Shown piece by piece: positions 42,798-57,700 of a DNA stretch of 64,000 bases. Made by a program: the position numbers and the translations under genes. The DNA lies in the NCBI RefSeq assembly GCF_022539665.2, contig NC_081331.1, positions 3,472,001 to 3,536,000 of the forward strand, in the 5' to 3' direction. This DNA is from Daphnia carinata (taxonomy: Eukaryota). The notes under the pieces are model-generated. The model was not told the DNA's origin. It did no database searches and was given only the letters and a program-made list of their open reading frames with translations. Each line of letters begins with the position of its first letter. Position 1 is the first letter of the stretch.

Positions 42798-45700
42798 AAA
42801 ACGAGAAGTTAAAGGAACAACGTCTCCGGCTATACATCCCGGGCAGTTTTGATAATAGGACGACTCACTCCCGTGGCCATCTTTTTATTGTTTTCTCTCT
42901 TCGTTAGATAAAGAAATCAAAACAAAACAAAACAAAAAAAAAAAAAAATAACATCCCCTCCGCGTTCAGATTTCGGTTCTTTTTCTCTCACCTCATCTGC
43001 TGATGGCTTTTTCCAGGTGCAACGGACATACGCAAACGCAAGATATAGCCGGCCGAATGTGCGTGTAAGAGGGTATACCATGCCAGTAGCGGGAGTTATA
43101 TAGCCCCTCTTCGTGTGTCTGATGATAACAGCGGCAGCTAGCACAAGGCTTTTGCTCATCACCCATTTTTGTTTCGCCCAGTGCCTAACCATAACCCCAC
43201 CTTAGACATTCCTCTTTCTCAATATACGACTACTACCCACGCTCTTCTTAAGCAACTCCCGTCAAGGGTCAAGGTGGACGACAACCAAGAAAACGTTTAA
43301 AGAGAAGCAAAATGGAAACTCGCACCTTGACTTTCATCGTTCGCTTTCTGAAATTGGGAATAATCTTTTCAAAAGAGATTCCGAATTTCAATTTATTCCT
43401 AATACAAATACGTGAGGAATTTTTTTCTTCTAAATATCTGTCGACAGACAGAGCGAAAGACGAGCGTGAAGTATAACGTTTTTTTCTTCTTTTCTTTCTC
43501 GCCCCCTGAATTTTTTTTTTTACTCTCATTGCGCAACCCTCGGAATGGCTGGCCAACTGGTTGTTGACAGCTATGTGTGTGTGTGTGTGTGTGTGGCTGT
43601 TTGGTGTGGTATGAAGAACGAACGCATTGCTTTTGAGTTGTCAGCTTGGGTTATAATACAGCACTCGAGTATGCCCACAAACAACAACACAAATAAGAAA
43701 AAAGGAGGCCAAGAACGAGAAAGACAAGCTACGGAGAAGTGAGCCAGATAATGCCAGACACAATTTCTTCACATGAGGAAACAATTCCATTCAATCGCTG
43801 CCAAGGCATTTTTTGTTTTGCTGTTGTTCTTTTCCGAACGAATCAATTAAACCTTTTTTACTTACGAAAATACACAATAAAATAAAAATTTGTTTTTTAC
43901 CGCAAGAAATAACAAGAAAAAAACAATCGAAAGTTGTTTCAAGTTGATGGACAATATCCACGACGACCGACGAAACGCTTCGATACGACAAAAAGACGAT
44001 GGGAGATAAACGTGTGCGGAAATATATGAAAGCGAACACCAACACGGCCGATTCGAATCTCTCACAGTTTTACGAGCTTGCTAACAAACAAAACTACCCA
44101 AACTCAGCCAAAGCACCCCGCAACAAACGCGAAGTCTGAACACGACACGAGCCGGTGTCACACTGACGGCCAGTCCAACATTGGCACGCTCTTTTTCCTC
44201 TCTCTCGCGCTCTACTGAAGTGAGAGTGGCTACAAGGTAAAAAAAAAAATTCTTTTTTGCCTAGTCCCTTCAAAGTGCCTTTAACAAGTGCCAAGAGCAA
44301 AAGGATTGGATGATCATCCCCGCACACAACACAGCAGCTATTTAGAAGGGCAAAGAGAGACGTGTAAAAAAACAAATAGAAATAAAGCACCGAGAGAAGA
44401 GAGACGCGGGCGAACGCACGCAAACGCAGCCGTACACTGAAATGAAAGAAACTTGGGCCCGGCCGAAAGTCCAACCCCGAAAAAGCAAAAGGCGACGGTG
44501 GCGCGTTGGTGGCGGCAGCCAACGACGATGTTATTCACGCTCGATCTCGTACAAGCTCACGGGAAGGAAATCGTACAGAGTTCATTGAATTTAAAAAATG
44601 TGTGTGGAGCTGAACATTTTTTGAAACTCAAATTCGTTTAAAGCGGCAAAAAAAAATTTTTAATTTGAATTGAATAATAAAAAATAAAAAAAGAGAGAAA
44701 AAATCAGCAAAGCAGGAACTTGAACTCTTCAATCGTATCAAGTATCCAAGCGATGACGCGGATCCTTTTTCCACTCCGGATGAAAAGTGGACGGGAAAAA
44801 CGAAAAAAAAAAAAAAACAAGAACCGAAAAGTAAACGAGAAAAACCGCGTGTTGTCGTTTATCTCGTTAAAAAAAAAAAAAAGAAATGTTTGATAGATTT
44901 AATATCCGTATTTTTTTTTTGTGTGTGTGGTAAGATGAAAGAATTTACTTGCCATCGACCTTCAATGAGAAAAATATTGAAATCCACCAGAAATTTAAAA
45001 ATAAAAAGGGGAGAGAAAAACAAAAACAAAGTCGAGTGAAAATCTTTTTTCTTTGGACGCTGTTTACTTCCGTACGCTCGGCACATTTTTTGTTGTTTTT
45101 TTTCGAGAAGGTTTGTTGTTTCGTATTTTGGAGCGTCTGGCAGTCGGATAGTAGCAACGGTAGTATTTCTTCACTTTTTTTACGTCAGACGAAATGAATC
45201 ATAAATCATTTTATAAGAGAGAGAAAAGCGGAGACACGGGGCATCATCCTCCCTAAAATGGCGGGTAGCGAGTTAGATCATTTCTGGGATTCTTGGCCTC
45301 TTTTTTTTTCTTTTCTTTTATTTCGCTCGATTTTTTTTTTAATGTTCATTGTGTCAACTTATTCAAATAAGGTTTTCGTCGTCGCTCAATTTTTCATCTT
45401 TCCTTATTTCTTTTCGATCATTCAAAAACGAATATACACTAAAAAAAAAAGACAAAAAAAACAAAACAAAAGAAAAACGTTCGGGTCATTTGGTTTGAGT
45501 CAAGCGGCCGCTGCATACCAAATAGGCGAAACAGAGAAAAGAAAAAGAAATGAAATAATTCGTTCCACGGTTCCCTCCTTTTTGCTCACAGTCGACACCA
45601 CCCCCAGTGGGGCGCTCTCAAGAGGTAACAGAAGTTATAAACGTGGGCGCGACAAAAATTGATTGGGACATCAAAGAAATAAGCTTTAAAAAAAAAAATA

Positions 45701-48700
45701 AAATAAAATAATAATAATAACAATAAAACGCTTGGCAACGTGCACCACTACGCGAATCCTATAAAAAGCATCTCGAACAAACGCCGTTCGTCAAGCCCAA
45801 AAAAAACACACAACGCATTTCAGATACCTCTGTCGTCATTCACGTATGACGTGTCCCTTTTTCTCGCTATTTTTGTTTTCAAATCAAAACAAAAATGAAA
45901 AAAGAAATGTGACTTTTCAAAACACGCAAGTTGGAATCAAATGAGGAATTCGTCACTGGTAGCGGTCGTGAATATTGGCGGCATTGCGTGATGTCGCCCA
46001 ACGCATTGAATTCACTGCGGAAATCCGCTGGTCGATAAAAAAAAATAAAATCTTTTCTTTTTTTTTTTTTTTTTCTCGACTTAAGTAAAGGGAAGACTAA
46101 TCCGCCGCGGTTGATAAAAAAAAAAGCGCCGCTAGCGACGACGCCGCGACAGGAAAAAATAAATAAATAAAAATATTTGAAAAATACACTTTCGGGAGGT
46201 ATACGCATACATACATTAAAAAGAAAAAGAGAGAGAGAGCTCGTCTTGTGTGTTGGAGGATGAAGTCACCATAAACGCCGTCACGTTTATTATTTATTTA
46301 ACATTTTTCGTCGAACCAGACGGTGATTCACGTGGTGAGCGGAGCATTTCGCCAACGGGCGCAAAACGGATGAGAACGACCGCGTGCAGTTGATGCAGAC
46401 ATCGAACCAAATAAGGGAGACATGCAGGAGAGATAGTCGGAAAGATGGGGGGGGGGGGGTGGGCAGTCCAGCAAAATACAAAAAGGAAAAAAGAGATTTT
46501 CGATACTTGTTACAAGGAGTGTCTTCCTCAATTGCCTTTTTGGTTATCAATACATTTTCAATCCGTGGCGAATATATCCGTGTACGGAACAGCAACATAA
46601 AATTAAAAAAAAAAAAAAAAAAAAAAAAGAATCGGCGGATGCATAGAAATCGAACATATACATCATTGCCAAATGACACTCTAAGATCTTTTTTTTTTCT
46701 TTTTCTGGCAGCAAAACTGGAACGAGAAATCGATTTTTTTTTTCTTCTTTATTTTAATTTTTGCCTTCCCTTCTTTTCTGTCTGATTTTTATTTAGAAAC
46801 CGGCAGCGCCGAAAGATACTTCGTTCGAGAGAGGGTCCTTCTAAAGTCTGACATTTCTGAAGCTGCCCAATATTTATCGACGCATTTATTTATTTATTTA
46901 CAACGTAAACCTACTTCTCTCTCTTCTTTCCTTTCCACTTTGACGGGCAACTCGACGACAAGATACCACAAGCGCCACTACCCCCAGAAAGAAAACAAAA
47001 ATTCAAATTTTTTTAAAAATCGGAAACCAGTTTTTTTTTTTTAAAGTTCAATTTCCGTTATTTTACCCGTCCCGCACGATAGTATAAATGACAAGAAAAA
47101 TTAATAAAAGCATAAGAAAAGCAGTTTCATTTCCTTTTTTTTTACCCCAAGAAATTGGATAAAAATATAACGAAAATATTCCGACAAGGCGAGAAGATGC
47201 CGTGTGACGAAGGCGATGCCGAAATTTTTTTTTTTTTTAAATGGGACGCTGAGGTGAGCGCAAAGAACGACACTACGATCTTATTCAGCGATAAAAAAAA
47301 ACAACAAAAATAGAAGAAAAATTCAAAAGAGAAATCACGGAGCGGATACAAATCGAAATCATCAATATTATTCTTTACTTTCTCAAAATGTTCTACAATC
47401 AAAACAAGCGGAGGAACGCCAACAAGAGAGGCAATTGACTACAAGGTCGGACAAGACAGCTGACTTGTTATTATTATTCTTTCGTAAAAATAAAAAAAAA
47501 TAAAAAAATAAGAAGAAATTGTCGCGCCGCTTAATTCAGTTCAGAGTCTGCGTGCCGTGTTATCGTCCCGCGTTCGTTAACCAAAAGATCTCGTTTTCCC
47601 TTTTTCACTCTGACAAACACATGCACATACAACGTATATTATTCACGACGGTATCGTCTTACATCACGCGAGAGAACAGAGAAAACAAAAAAACAAAAAA
47701 ACAAAAAAAAAAGAAATGGGAAAACACACCCACCCAGAAGGGCCTTTGACAAAGTAATAGGGAAAAAAAAAAGGAGTTCATCATTCGTCGCAATCAATAT
47801 TCTTAAGCCTTTTGTTCTCCTTTTTTTTTTTTTTTTTTTTTGTTAGTTCGTTAAATAAAACTTGAGTTAACTTTGTTTCAACAAAGATTTATATCTTCAA
47901 AAAAAAAAAATAAAATAAGAAGTCCCACGATGAGACCACCAATTATACCGCCTTAGCCTTTTTTCCTAAATTACTTTCGTGATCTCGGCTGATTGGCTTG
48001 CGGAGAACAATCAAACCCAATTGCTTTTGTATGACAGCGTTGTTCGACGTATTTGGATTCAAACATATCGACGGCCTCCAATTGCAAGGAAACGAAAATA
48101 ACCCGAACAAATTCGACCGAACGGGCAAGGATTTTTGTTGTCCCGACAGTGACACCATCTATCGCTCGTTCGACAAACCTCTTCGCCGCTCAAGTGGCGT
48201 CAGACAGACCGTGCCATTTCACGCTAGAACGTTATGATCCTCTTTTGTCACAGTTCTTTTAATCCTGAAATGAATGGGACAGCACAGACCGCTACCTCCC
48301 CTCTCTTATTGCTATTACCATATTTATTGTTATGACTGGGGCTAGTCTCGGCGAAGTAGCTGCTGTACAATAACTCTCGGCCGGCCGCCACCCGGTGTCA
48401 CTTCTGCCAGGTCGACCACGTACGACGGAGAAATTTCCAAGTTTTTAAAACAGTCGCGGGAGAATAAGAAAAAAAAAGCTTAATTTCTCAACATGCCAGG
48501 GCGGCGCTAAAGATCGCAGCTGTCTCATTCCTACCACGCCGAGGATTTGCGTTCCGCACAATTCCGTTCCCCCTTTTTTTTTCACAACACGAGAATAAAA
48601 GCAAAAAGGATCGAAATAAAAACAAAAAAGAACTCAGTGGGGAAAAAAGAAAGACTTGGCACGAGCAGAACGACTGCGTTATGTCCCGTTTTCATTTCTC

Positions 48701-51700
48701 ACAACTTATTTTTTCAGACACGATTGGGAAGGACGGACGGATAATAAAAATTATTTGCTACGTTGCATACGTTCGAAAAGGATGCTTAAATAGTAAGCGA
48801 TCAAACACCACGAAAAACGAAAAAAGAATCCGGCATTGTTCCAATTTTGATGGGCCGTTCCTAATCAATGCCCAATTATTTTCCGGTTTAATTCCAGGCC
48901 CGCTGTGGTATGAAAGGCGTGGCGTTGGACACGTAAAGCTGCACCCTCTTTGGCTTGTAATAACGGGATAACAAAGCGCCGGATAAAACAGTCGTGAAAG
49001 AGAAAAACGGTCCATCAATTGCTCGCAATTACACAATGAGATCGTGTGAAACGAAAGAGATGAGGCAATATGGACCGCCAGGCATCATTCAAAATGAGGA
49101 TATATCCTACATATTCATGTCCGCTGACTTTGCCTCTGGCCCTTCCGTACATTTCCCATCCATTGAAATCAGATCAACACACCCAAATTTTTCCTCAATC
49201 GTCAAAACGGGGCGCCGAAAAGAGAGGCATGAATAAAAAGATAACGTGTAAGTCCCTATAAATAGACTATAGGGGCTACTCGATGAAATGCTGACATCAA
49301 CAGGCCTACAAGAATCTAGTAAAATTCTTAACAATGCATTCTTAGTATTTGATGGTGAGGCAAAAAACGAAAAGGTTGGAAGCATCGCGCAATATGTGGG
49401 GCGTTTCGCTTTTCAACACTCGGGCAATAGGCAGCTGTTGTCCTGGGAGAGGGGGCTAAAAAAAAAAAAAAAAAGCCGCGACAAAGATAACACGCATTGT
49501 AATAGTTCATGACATTTCCGACTTGACCCACCCACTGCATTGCAGTCAATTGGCTACCGTACGCCCTCAATTTTACCTGACAGTTAAACATCCCTCCTCG
49601 CTTTTGCGCTACTTTGTCGCTGTCTATAAATAGATACGGGAAAAAATAGGAATGTTAAAAAAAAAGAAAAATACATAGTATCAGCTGTTTTTGTTTACGG
49701 CCCAAGCAGAGGTGTAACGTTCACCAGGATTTACGTCTAATAGCCTGTGATTAACCCTTTTTTTTTTCATTTTTCTTAGTTTCACAATTTTATTCTACTT
49801 TTTGGGATTCTCCGTTTTAGGGAGGAACATGAAAAAAGAGGGGGTAGCCAGGGCATGTGCCATAATAAACAACAAGCAGAAATGCTGGCATTTGGCAGCC
49901 ATACTAAGAAAGAAAACAAAAAGGTGAACTTTCAAGCGGAATTTCCGATCTCGGAAATGTGTTTTTACGGCTTTTTTTTTTGTACGGAGGTATGTTTCAC
50001 ATACAAACAGCCTTAGAACAACACGATTTGTGTAGCCTAACAAACTGTATATACAGTCAAAATGGACATCGTTTTTCACTAACCCGTTTTCGAACGCGAA
50101 CCCACGACTACCTTTTTTCTCGCACCAAAACAGGGAAAAGATAACAGACGGTATCCCGACATGAACCAGGGGAGAAAATAAAAATAAAAAGGTGGAGGCT
50201 TTGCCATTGCTCGTTGCAATCGAACGGACCAACGAGTTTTCTTCTTGTATCCCGTGTTTACGAGATTACGTCCCTGTCAATATTTGGATCGTTGAAAGCA
50301 GCCGGCGAAAAAAAACAACAAACCAGCACAGTCATCGTTTGTGTTTCGATTTTCACTCCACAGATTGCGCAAAAAAAAAAAAAATTGAAATTCAGCTCCA
50401 TCGATAGCGATGAACGGTCGATGGGTATGCCGGTCAATGACACACCGAACGAATATCAACAGCGGGGTAAATAGAAAGCTGAAGAAGAATGAAAATTGAA
50501 CGGTTCCTACCTTGCACGATCCGGCGACGCAGACGCGGGACGGGTCATTTGGCCGGCACAGTGTCCCATCGATGACGGTTTTGTTGAGCAGAGCGTAGAA
50601 ACGGAACGTTAAGGCCCGACAGTTCAGCTCGCAGGGATTCTCGGCTGAATATTGAAAAAGAAAAATGTAATGAAAACAGGTAAGGAATTGGGGAGGGAAA
50701 TGTTTCCCCTCATTTCTACGACATTTAAATGATAACACTGTGGAGTATTTAATGTAAAACGATGAGATTATCATTAAACTATATAGAAGGCTAAAGGCCC
50801 ATAATTGAAGAGAAGGACGCTCAAGGGATGAGTACATGTCGGTTTGCAGTCAAAGGATTCGAATTGCTTGACAGCATCCTTCATCGAATTCAATAGACAG
50901 TTGAATTTGTTTTGTTTTTTTTCCAATGGAAAACCTACTCATCAAAAATAGCTACAAACACATGAGAACTAGGGCAAGAATGTACTATAGACGAGAGGGT
51001 CAGAAGGGGTTACGACTTTCTAGGAGCGTGAATCGAAAACAATCCATCCTCGTTTGGTAAAAATACCTAAAGCAAACGCTAGATGGCTCTCCGAGCAGCA
51101 CCTTTTTATTTCCCAAACGCAAATTGTTTTGAAAGGAATAATTCTCTTATTTAATTCTGCTGCCATTTGAACGTGTTTAGCTGTATGGTAGTTGGATAAA
51201 ACGGATCGTCTTTCAACACGTCGTTTGCTGAGATGGCGAAACGAGCTAAAGAAGAAACGCCGCAAAAAAGACAGATGAGGAAGATTCGTGACCGGCTGCG
51301 GGCGTAGCAGTATCCAATGCGATTGAACCTGTCAGTGAATGTTGTTTGCAGCCAAACGGATGACTTCATTCAAGGTTTAATTACTCCGTTTGGCTCGTCG
51401 ACCACCACACGAATCGACGATATTAGATCGCTTTATCGTTCAACACTGTCTCCGTTATTTCACACCATCAACGGATCATCAATCCAAGTCATTGCTGCAC
51501 TGGTGGCGCTCATATGTTAGAAGAAATGCAAAAATAAAGAGTTCAGTGTACGTACCATCCCAGTAGGCTTCCCAAATGTAGTAGCGGCCCATGAATTGCT
51601 TGCCGTTGTACGATTCACATTGAGCTTGACGAAAGTCGGGTGTTCTAGCCGGACATTCCTGTGCAAAGAAAACAAACGAAAAACGTTACCACATGTGCAA

Positions 51701-54700
51701 ATGCTTTTCGTGGCTATTTTAGCGCCATTTCTCTTTCTTAATAACATAGATATTGCTGATCACTTTATTTTTACTCGGTTTTTCAGAAAGAATTTAGGCG
51801 TTTAATCCACTGGTTGTCGATAACAAAGCAAAACGAAATAAACAGAGACGTTTACGAACGATGGCTGTTGCTTTGTATCACTCGACCACCAACCTCTCCC
51901 CCCATTACAGCGCATTTTTGGCAGTCAAAATGAGAAATGCAAATAAGAAATGAAATACTAGACGGTAAGGCGAATTATGCACGTCACCTGCATCGTTTTG
52001 AACGCACACAAAACAAGCGTGACGACGTGGGCTGTTTGTTTTGTCACACCTGCATGACTCATGACTCCCGAAACAAATCTCGTTCATCGTGGCAGACAAT
52101 ATTGTTAATCCCCTTTGGGCAATTTGATTTTCAAACAACCCACACCCTTTGTAAGTTGACAGATGAATAATTGATCATACAAATCTTAGAATCTGATTAC
52201 CAGATAAAACAACTACATCTCAATATGGAGCTTTTCAATTGCTTATTCAGGCAATTCAGAGAAACTAAGACACAAAACAACTCTCTAATTGCGAATATGT
52301 TCTTCAACCCAAGCAAGATGGCTGCCATTTGAAATGTAAAACAACACCTCCTATGGATACCATTTTGAGGCATTTGCTTTCTTCAACTGATGTGGTGCCA
52401 ATTATGCAACACATATATGATTATTCTCTCCATTACGTGCATACAATTTGTAATAGCTATTAGAGAAACTGAATGATCGTGGTACAGGTAAATGGCGCCA
52501 AAAAATACATCAGATACGAAACATGGCTTACCTATTCGCACCACACATTTTCGTTTTGGTGCTGAGAACAACGTGGAGAACAATGGACACCATATCACTG
52601 ACTAACTAAACAACTACCGGGAAAGGGATCCTGAGAATTTTGATGACGTTGCCAAATTGCCAATTAAATTACCAAAGCCTGAGATTGACGTCTACTGATT
52701 AGACCTAGTCTGTCGTAGCAGACGCTCGTGAATCGAAATCGATCGAGATTATTATTATTGTTTTAATCTGTATGTTTGAAATAGAGAGAGATTCGTTCGC
52801 GAAGTGGAACGATTTGTAAAAAAAAGAAATTAAATAACACCAATATAAAAAGAAATGTAAATTTTTGAGAAAAGGAAATGGCCTTGTAAATCATTCACTC
52901 CGTTATACTACTAATACATGAGAATGCTTTTCACACACTTTCATTGACCCCACAGTATCGTGAATACTCGCCACTCTAGTGTGAATGCGTTTTGTCCGAA
53001 CATGTGAAATAACTGAGAGGCATTTAAAACAAACTTTTAGAGGAAAGCGAAACGGCGAGGTATAGACTATATATAGCCTACAAAAAATTGAACGCAACAA
53101 TAAATTTCTAAACAGCTAAACATGCATAAACCTTCAACAACAATCGTTTGACTATATTTGGCTAGTTGGCCTTAACCTGAAACTCAAGTGCAGGAAAAAG
53201 GACCAATAAAGCTGCATAATAAACTTTTGCTGCATCATCGGCGACATTGAAAATTTGATATCAGATCCCTGAGTACTGCACACGTTGCATAAAGCTTGGG
53301 GGGAGATCATCGTCATTAATATTCATTTTCTGTGCTTTGTTTTTTTGTTTGTTTGTTTTTTTTTCAAATTTGTGTGCATTTTTCTTCTTCGTCCAACTCA
53401 AGAAGGGGATGCACTACGAAAATGAAAGAAACAACAGCTCATATTTCACGATTATTCCTAGTCACATTAGCTAACTCTTCGTTGCGCCTCAATGTCTCTC
53501 ATTTCCAGTTTGCCTCATTTTTTGTTGTCCATAAAATATTTATTATCATTTTTTTAATCAAAACACATTTCGCTTTTGATTATGAGCGTAGTGCTAAATC
53601 TACCTTTGGGCAATATCCACCTGATGTCTCTAATGAAAGTTAGAAACTAACACCAGGAAGGGAAACCAATACAGTTTCCAAACGATAATCAAATGCAAAT
53701 TTTGGGCTCGATTCCACTGCGTGTACCGCCATGTATATGGATTGTACGCATCCAGCACATGTTTACGTATTTATTTATTTTATTTAGTTAAATGCTACTT
53801 TCCCAAAAAATTTTTTTAGCTGTTTAGGATGACAATGCGGATGGATATTAATACAATTGGAAAATATCATTTAAAAACTCACTGACCTGTGTGTTGCACA
53901 TGTGATAGCGTTTGTAGAGGCCGACACATCCTGTTGTCCGACTACTGCTGTTGGCGCTGATGGCTGTCGTCGTATCGAGCGCATTCAAGTGGTTGAGATC
54001 GTCGCTGCTGTCGCTCGCTCTCCGTCTATTCCTCAATGGTGATCTCGTTACGGATCGCCTGTTATTCCAAAAAGGTGTCAAACATCAAATAAGGGCATCA
54101 GTGATTTTTACGATCTCGGCGGAAAACATAACTCTCCGATCGTATTGTACATCCACGACCGTTTTCGTTTTGGATAAAAGAAATCTAGACCAACCGCGGC
54201 CTGGCCTTTCTGAGCCATTTTTACGACCAACATCAAAATCATGGCTTCCCTCTTTTTTTTCTCTCTCTCGGAAAAGCGTTGATTTTTTGGAACAAACCGG
54301 CCAGCTGGAGTTCGTTGCCTGCTGTAAATTCACAGTCGGTATACATACAAGGCTATAGGGCAGTTACAATGTGTATTGATATAACATGTATAAATATACA
54401 TTTGGGGCTCTATTGTGTTCCAGTTTGCACGTGCAAGGCCTCGTCATATCTTGCCGCTTTTTTCCACCCAAAATTCGTTCAATAGATTCAAAAAGTGTGT
54501 ACACATTTTTGTTGAACAAGAAGATGTATCGGCAAGGACAATTTTTTTTCTTTACTGTCGTTTTAGCCGCACCAAAACAGACATTAAAAAAAGGATCCTC
54601 AGCCCCCTTTCTTTGTACTTTTAATATCCCGTCAATTCATTTGATCTCATTTCTTTACATGTGTGTGTGTGTGTGTGTTGACAATCGGATGACATCTTGC

Positions 54701-57700
54701 AGACATGTCACAGACTATTGAATGCTGTCTACCCATGGCCCAGTCTAACTGGACCGGGCGCACAGAACCCCCAAGAAAACGACAATAGATAAATACTAAA
54801 ATTCAAAAAAAAATTCGTTTTCTTTGAGGTTTTTGGGGTTTTAAAAGAAAAGGTGAACAAGGCGAGACTGATTCTATTCGGCAATAATGACAGGAGGGCT
54901 ACCTTTCGGCGGGTTAGTCGTACAATACTTTGTATACTTGTACAAAGACACACAAAAAAGGGAAGAAAAGAAGGGCAAGGTCTGATGTTCCAAAACCCAA
55001 AAAACCATTGATAAGAAAGATCTATCTTAGATACCCCAAAAAAAATCGTGTTTCCATAGCCTCATCTCCTTTTATTTTCTACAGTGCCGGTTTATATTTG
55101 CCATTGATTTTCGTTACACCCAAACATGGACGTGCTGTACGATACAAATAGCATATGCCTATAATAACATGGAGGGGGGGGGGGGGGGGTTCCGCCGGCC
55201 TATAAAAGGAAAACGTGGTGTGTACGAATAGCGGAATTTTTTGAATTTTTTTATCACGCGATTCTATCTAGCGGCTGCAAAAGAGCTCTTCTTTCTCCTT
55301 CACCAACTGCACACATACCTACGCGCTCACAGGGATTGCATGTATGGGAAGGAATGGTTTCGTGTTTCAACATTTTCACTAGACGACGATTTTAATCTTC
55401 ATCTGCACGCCAATGTTTCAAAGCTCCCCCCACTGATTCCCCTCTACCTTCAACTTTGTTTCGTATTTTTTTTTTCTTTTTTTTTCGCTTTGGTTTTACA
55501 TTCAAATTTTTGTGTTTCTTTTTCCTGCTTCCCTGTGTGTTCTAGTCGAGATAAAAACGACATGCATCAGACCATAGCTAAAAGAAAGGCGGTTGAATGC
55601 AGTTTTGTCAGCAAACAAGGCGATCGATGCTGCGTGAGTCCGATAAGGTGGACTCCAATGGCATCAAACTTTACGTCTATAATATTGAACGAGCCGAATA
55701 ACAGTCTTCCATCATCAGTTGGAACTCTGAAAACTGGGATTCTTTCGGACATCGCACGCTACACGGCGATTCAGCCTATCGTGTCTGACTCATCCGCTCA
55801 ATCGTCTCCTTATTTACTCATGTGTCTCTTTCTCTTTTTTTTTTTTCTCTCTTTTTTAAGTTATTTTATTTATGAAACCGCCGCTGGCTCTTCTTTTGAC
55901 ATCTTGTCCCTTTTTTTGTGCGAATTCCTTCAGGCCCGATGATGGGCTTCTTGATCAAACAATCTCCCGATAGAGGAACGTATATGTTCGAGCCGCGGAT
56001 GAAATGGGCTTGGCGCTTAGCCAAGTGATGAATCATGTCTAATAATAACAGTTTTTGCGCGCACACACGAAAGCACACAAGTGTCGCGGACGGCGTTAAG
56101 AATTTTCACGAGAATGAAAATAAGGGAACCATGCCGGTTTTTATAGGTGGTCTTGACTGACTTGCTGATGAAACGGGGGTGTTGGTTACATTTAGTATGA
56201 TAAAAAAAAACAGGCCCGAGAAAATGAGTCTGAAATGGTCTAACAAAACAAACTTGATTCGCTCAACACATTTCAGTCATCGTTCATAACTATTAAAGTG
56301 TAGACCAAGCGAATATATTTACAATATAAGGTGTTGCTGGTGGTGCGTGTCAGACGCAAATTTCAGGCACTGGCATCTGACCGTTCGTGATCAACAACAA
56401 ACAACGCGTTCGTTCAACTTGATCCCGAATAGGAAAAAATGACGCTCTATACTTTGTCGATTAGCTTTTTTAATGGCTGGCTTTTTTCCTCCTCTATGTG
56501 GGTTCTTGTTTATCGTTCAAACAAGGTCACTTAGTGAATTTAGTGTTTCATTTTTGTTTTCTTTCTCAATGGCTGTTCAAACAAGAGAGGGGGGTCTCAA
56601 CACGGTCAAATACTGTCGACACTTTCAACTCTGAGAAGTGATGACGCGTCGTCCTTTCATTGGAATTTTGCTTTTAATAAATATATTATGAACTGTGTTA
56701 CAAGAGAACGCTAACTGCTCCTTGTGTCTAGTCTCACGCTGAAGTCAGCAACGAGTCTACACTTTCTCAAGTGCTCAAGTGGCTCCTTTCCCTCCCCTTC
56801 GTTCGTTTCAGTGGCCCTACGCAGACCTTCCCAACCAAAGTGCGTCACTATATATACGTAGGAGCAACTGTTTAACAAGAAAGTATAGCTGAGAGGGCAT
56901 GCGAGGGACACAAACAAGTCAACAAATGTTACATATGTGTCGCACGGTAGTATGCCACGTGCATCATCCACTTGGCATTTCTACAAAAAGAAAACCAATA
57001 AGCAATCAACTGCGTAATGGGAGGGCTAAGCTATTGTGTAAGAAAATTCAGACCCCCCAGACTATTCGGTCGTTTTAGACTTAACGTGTAGCCACTTGAT
57101 TATTCCAACGTCTATCTTTAGCCAAATAACATTACCCCACAGATTATAGGGCCTTCGATTTTTTTATTTGAAAATGCTGAGATAGATGCAAGATAGGAAA
57201 CAGTGTCTATAATATACAAGACAAGTTTTGAGATAGTCAAATTTCGATCGTGAAATCAATCAACCAAGACCAAATTGGATGCCAACATCTTCGTCGACGA
57301 AAAGGATTGTGTGGTTATATAGCCCAATGCAATGCCGATCGACAGCCAGGCAAAAGATAGCCAGATAAAAATACCATCATGAGTGTTGTGTACAGTATAG
57401 GGATAGACAGAGAGAGCAAGATAGAGTTTTTTAAAAGTTAAAAAAAAAAAGAGAAGCCGGATCTCTTTTTATTCTGTGTTTTCTCTTATTTCACATTTTC
57501 AGTGACGTTGGCTGCGTCTGTTGCCCCAGCGTTCGAATCAAAAATTAGCACAGACGCTGCGTTTTCTCTTTTTTTTTTTTCTTTCTATTTATTCTTGTGG
57601 AATTTAACGTCAGGCCGTTATGCCGAGCTCTGCAATCAGTTTGTCCAAGCGAAAGCGACCATGTCAGTCATGGGAAAAAAAACAGGACGACAAGCCCCGT

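Noticed and set aside
19000..50200. Numerous 60-145 aa ORFs rich in F, K, or VC/HT repeats
   Set aside because: Translation artefacts of poly-T, poly-A and (GT)n tracts in introns; no domain signatures.
51812..51890. Imperfect hairpin as possible pre-miRNA
   Set aside because: Arms are bulged, loop is about 35 nt, and no known mature miRNA was recognised.
55241..55942. 233-aa plus-strand ORF
   Set aside because: Non-ATG start, poly-Phe stretches from T runs, no recognisable motif; likely a chance intronic ORF.
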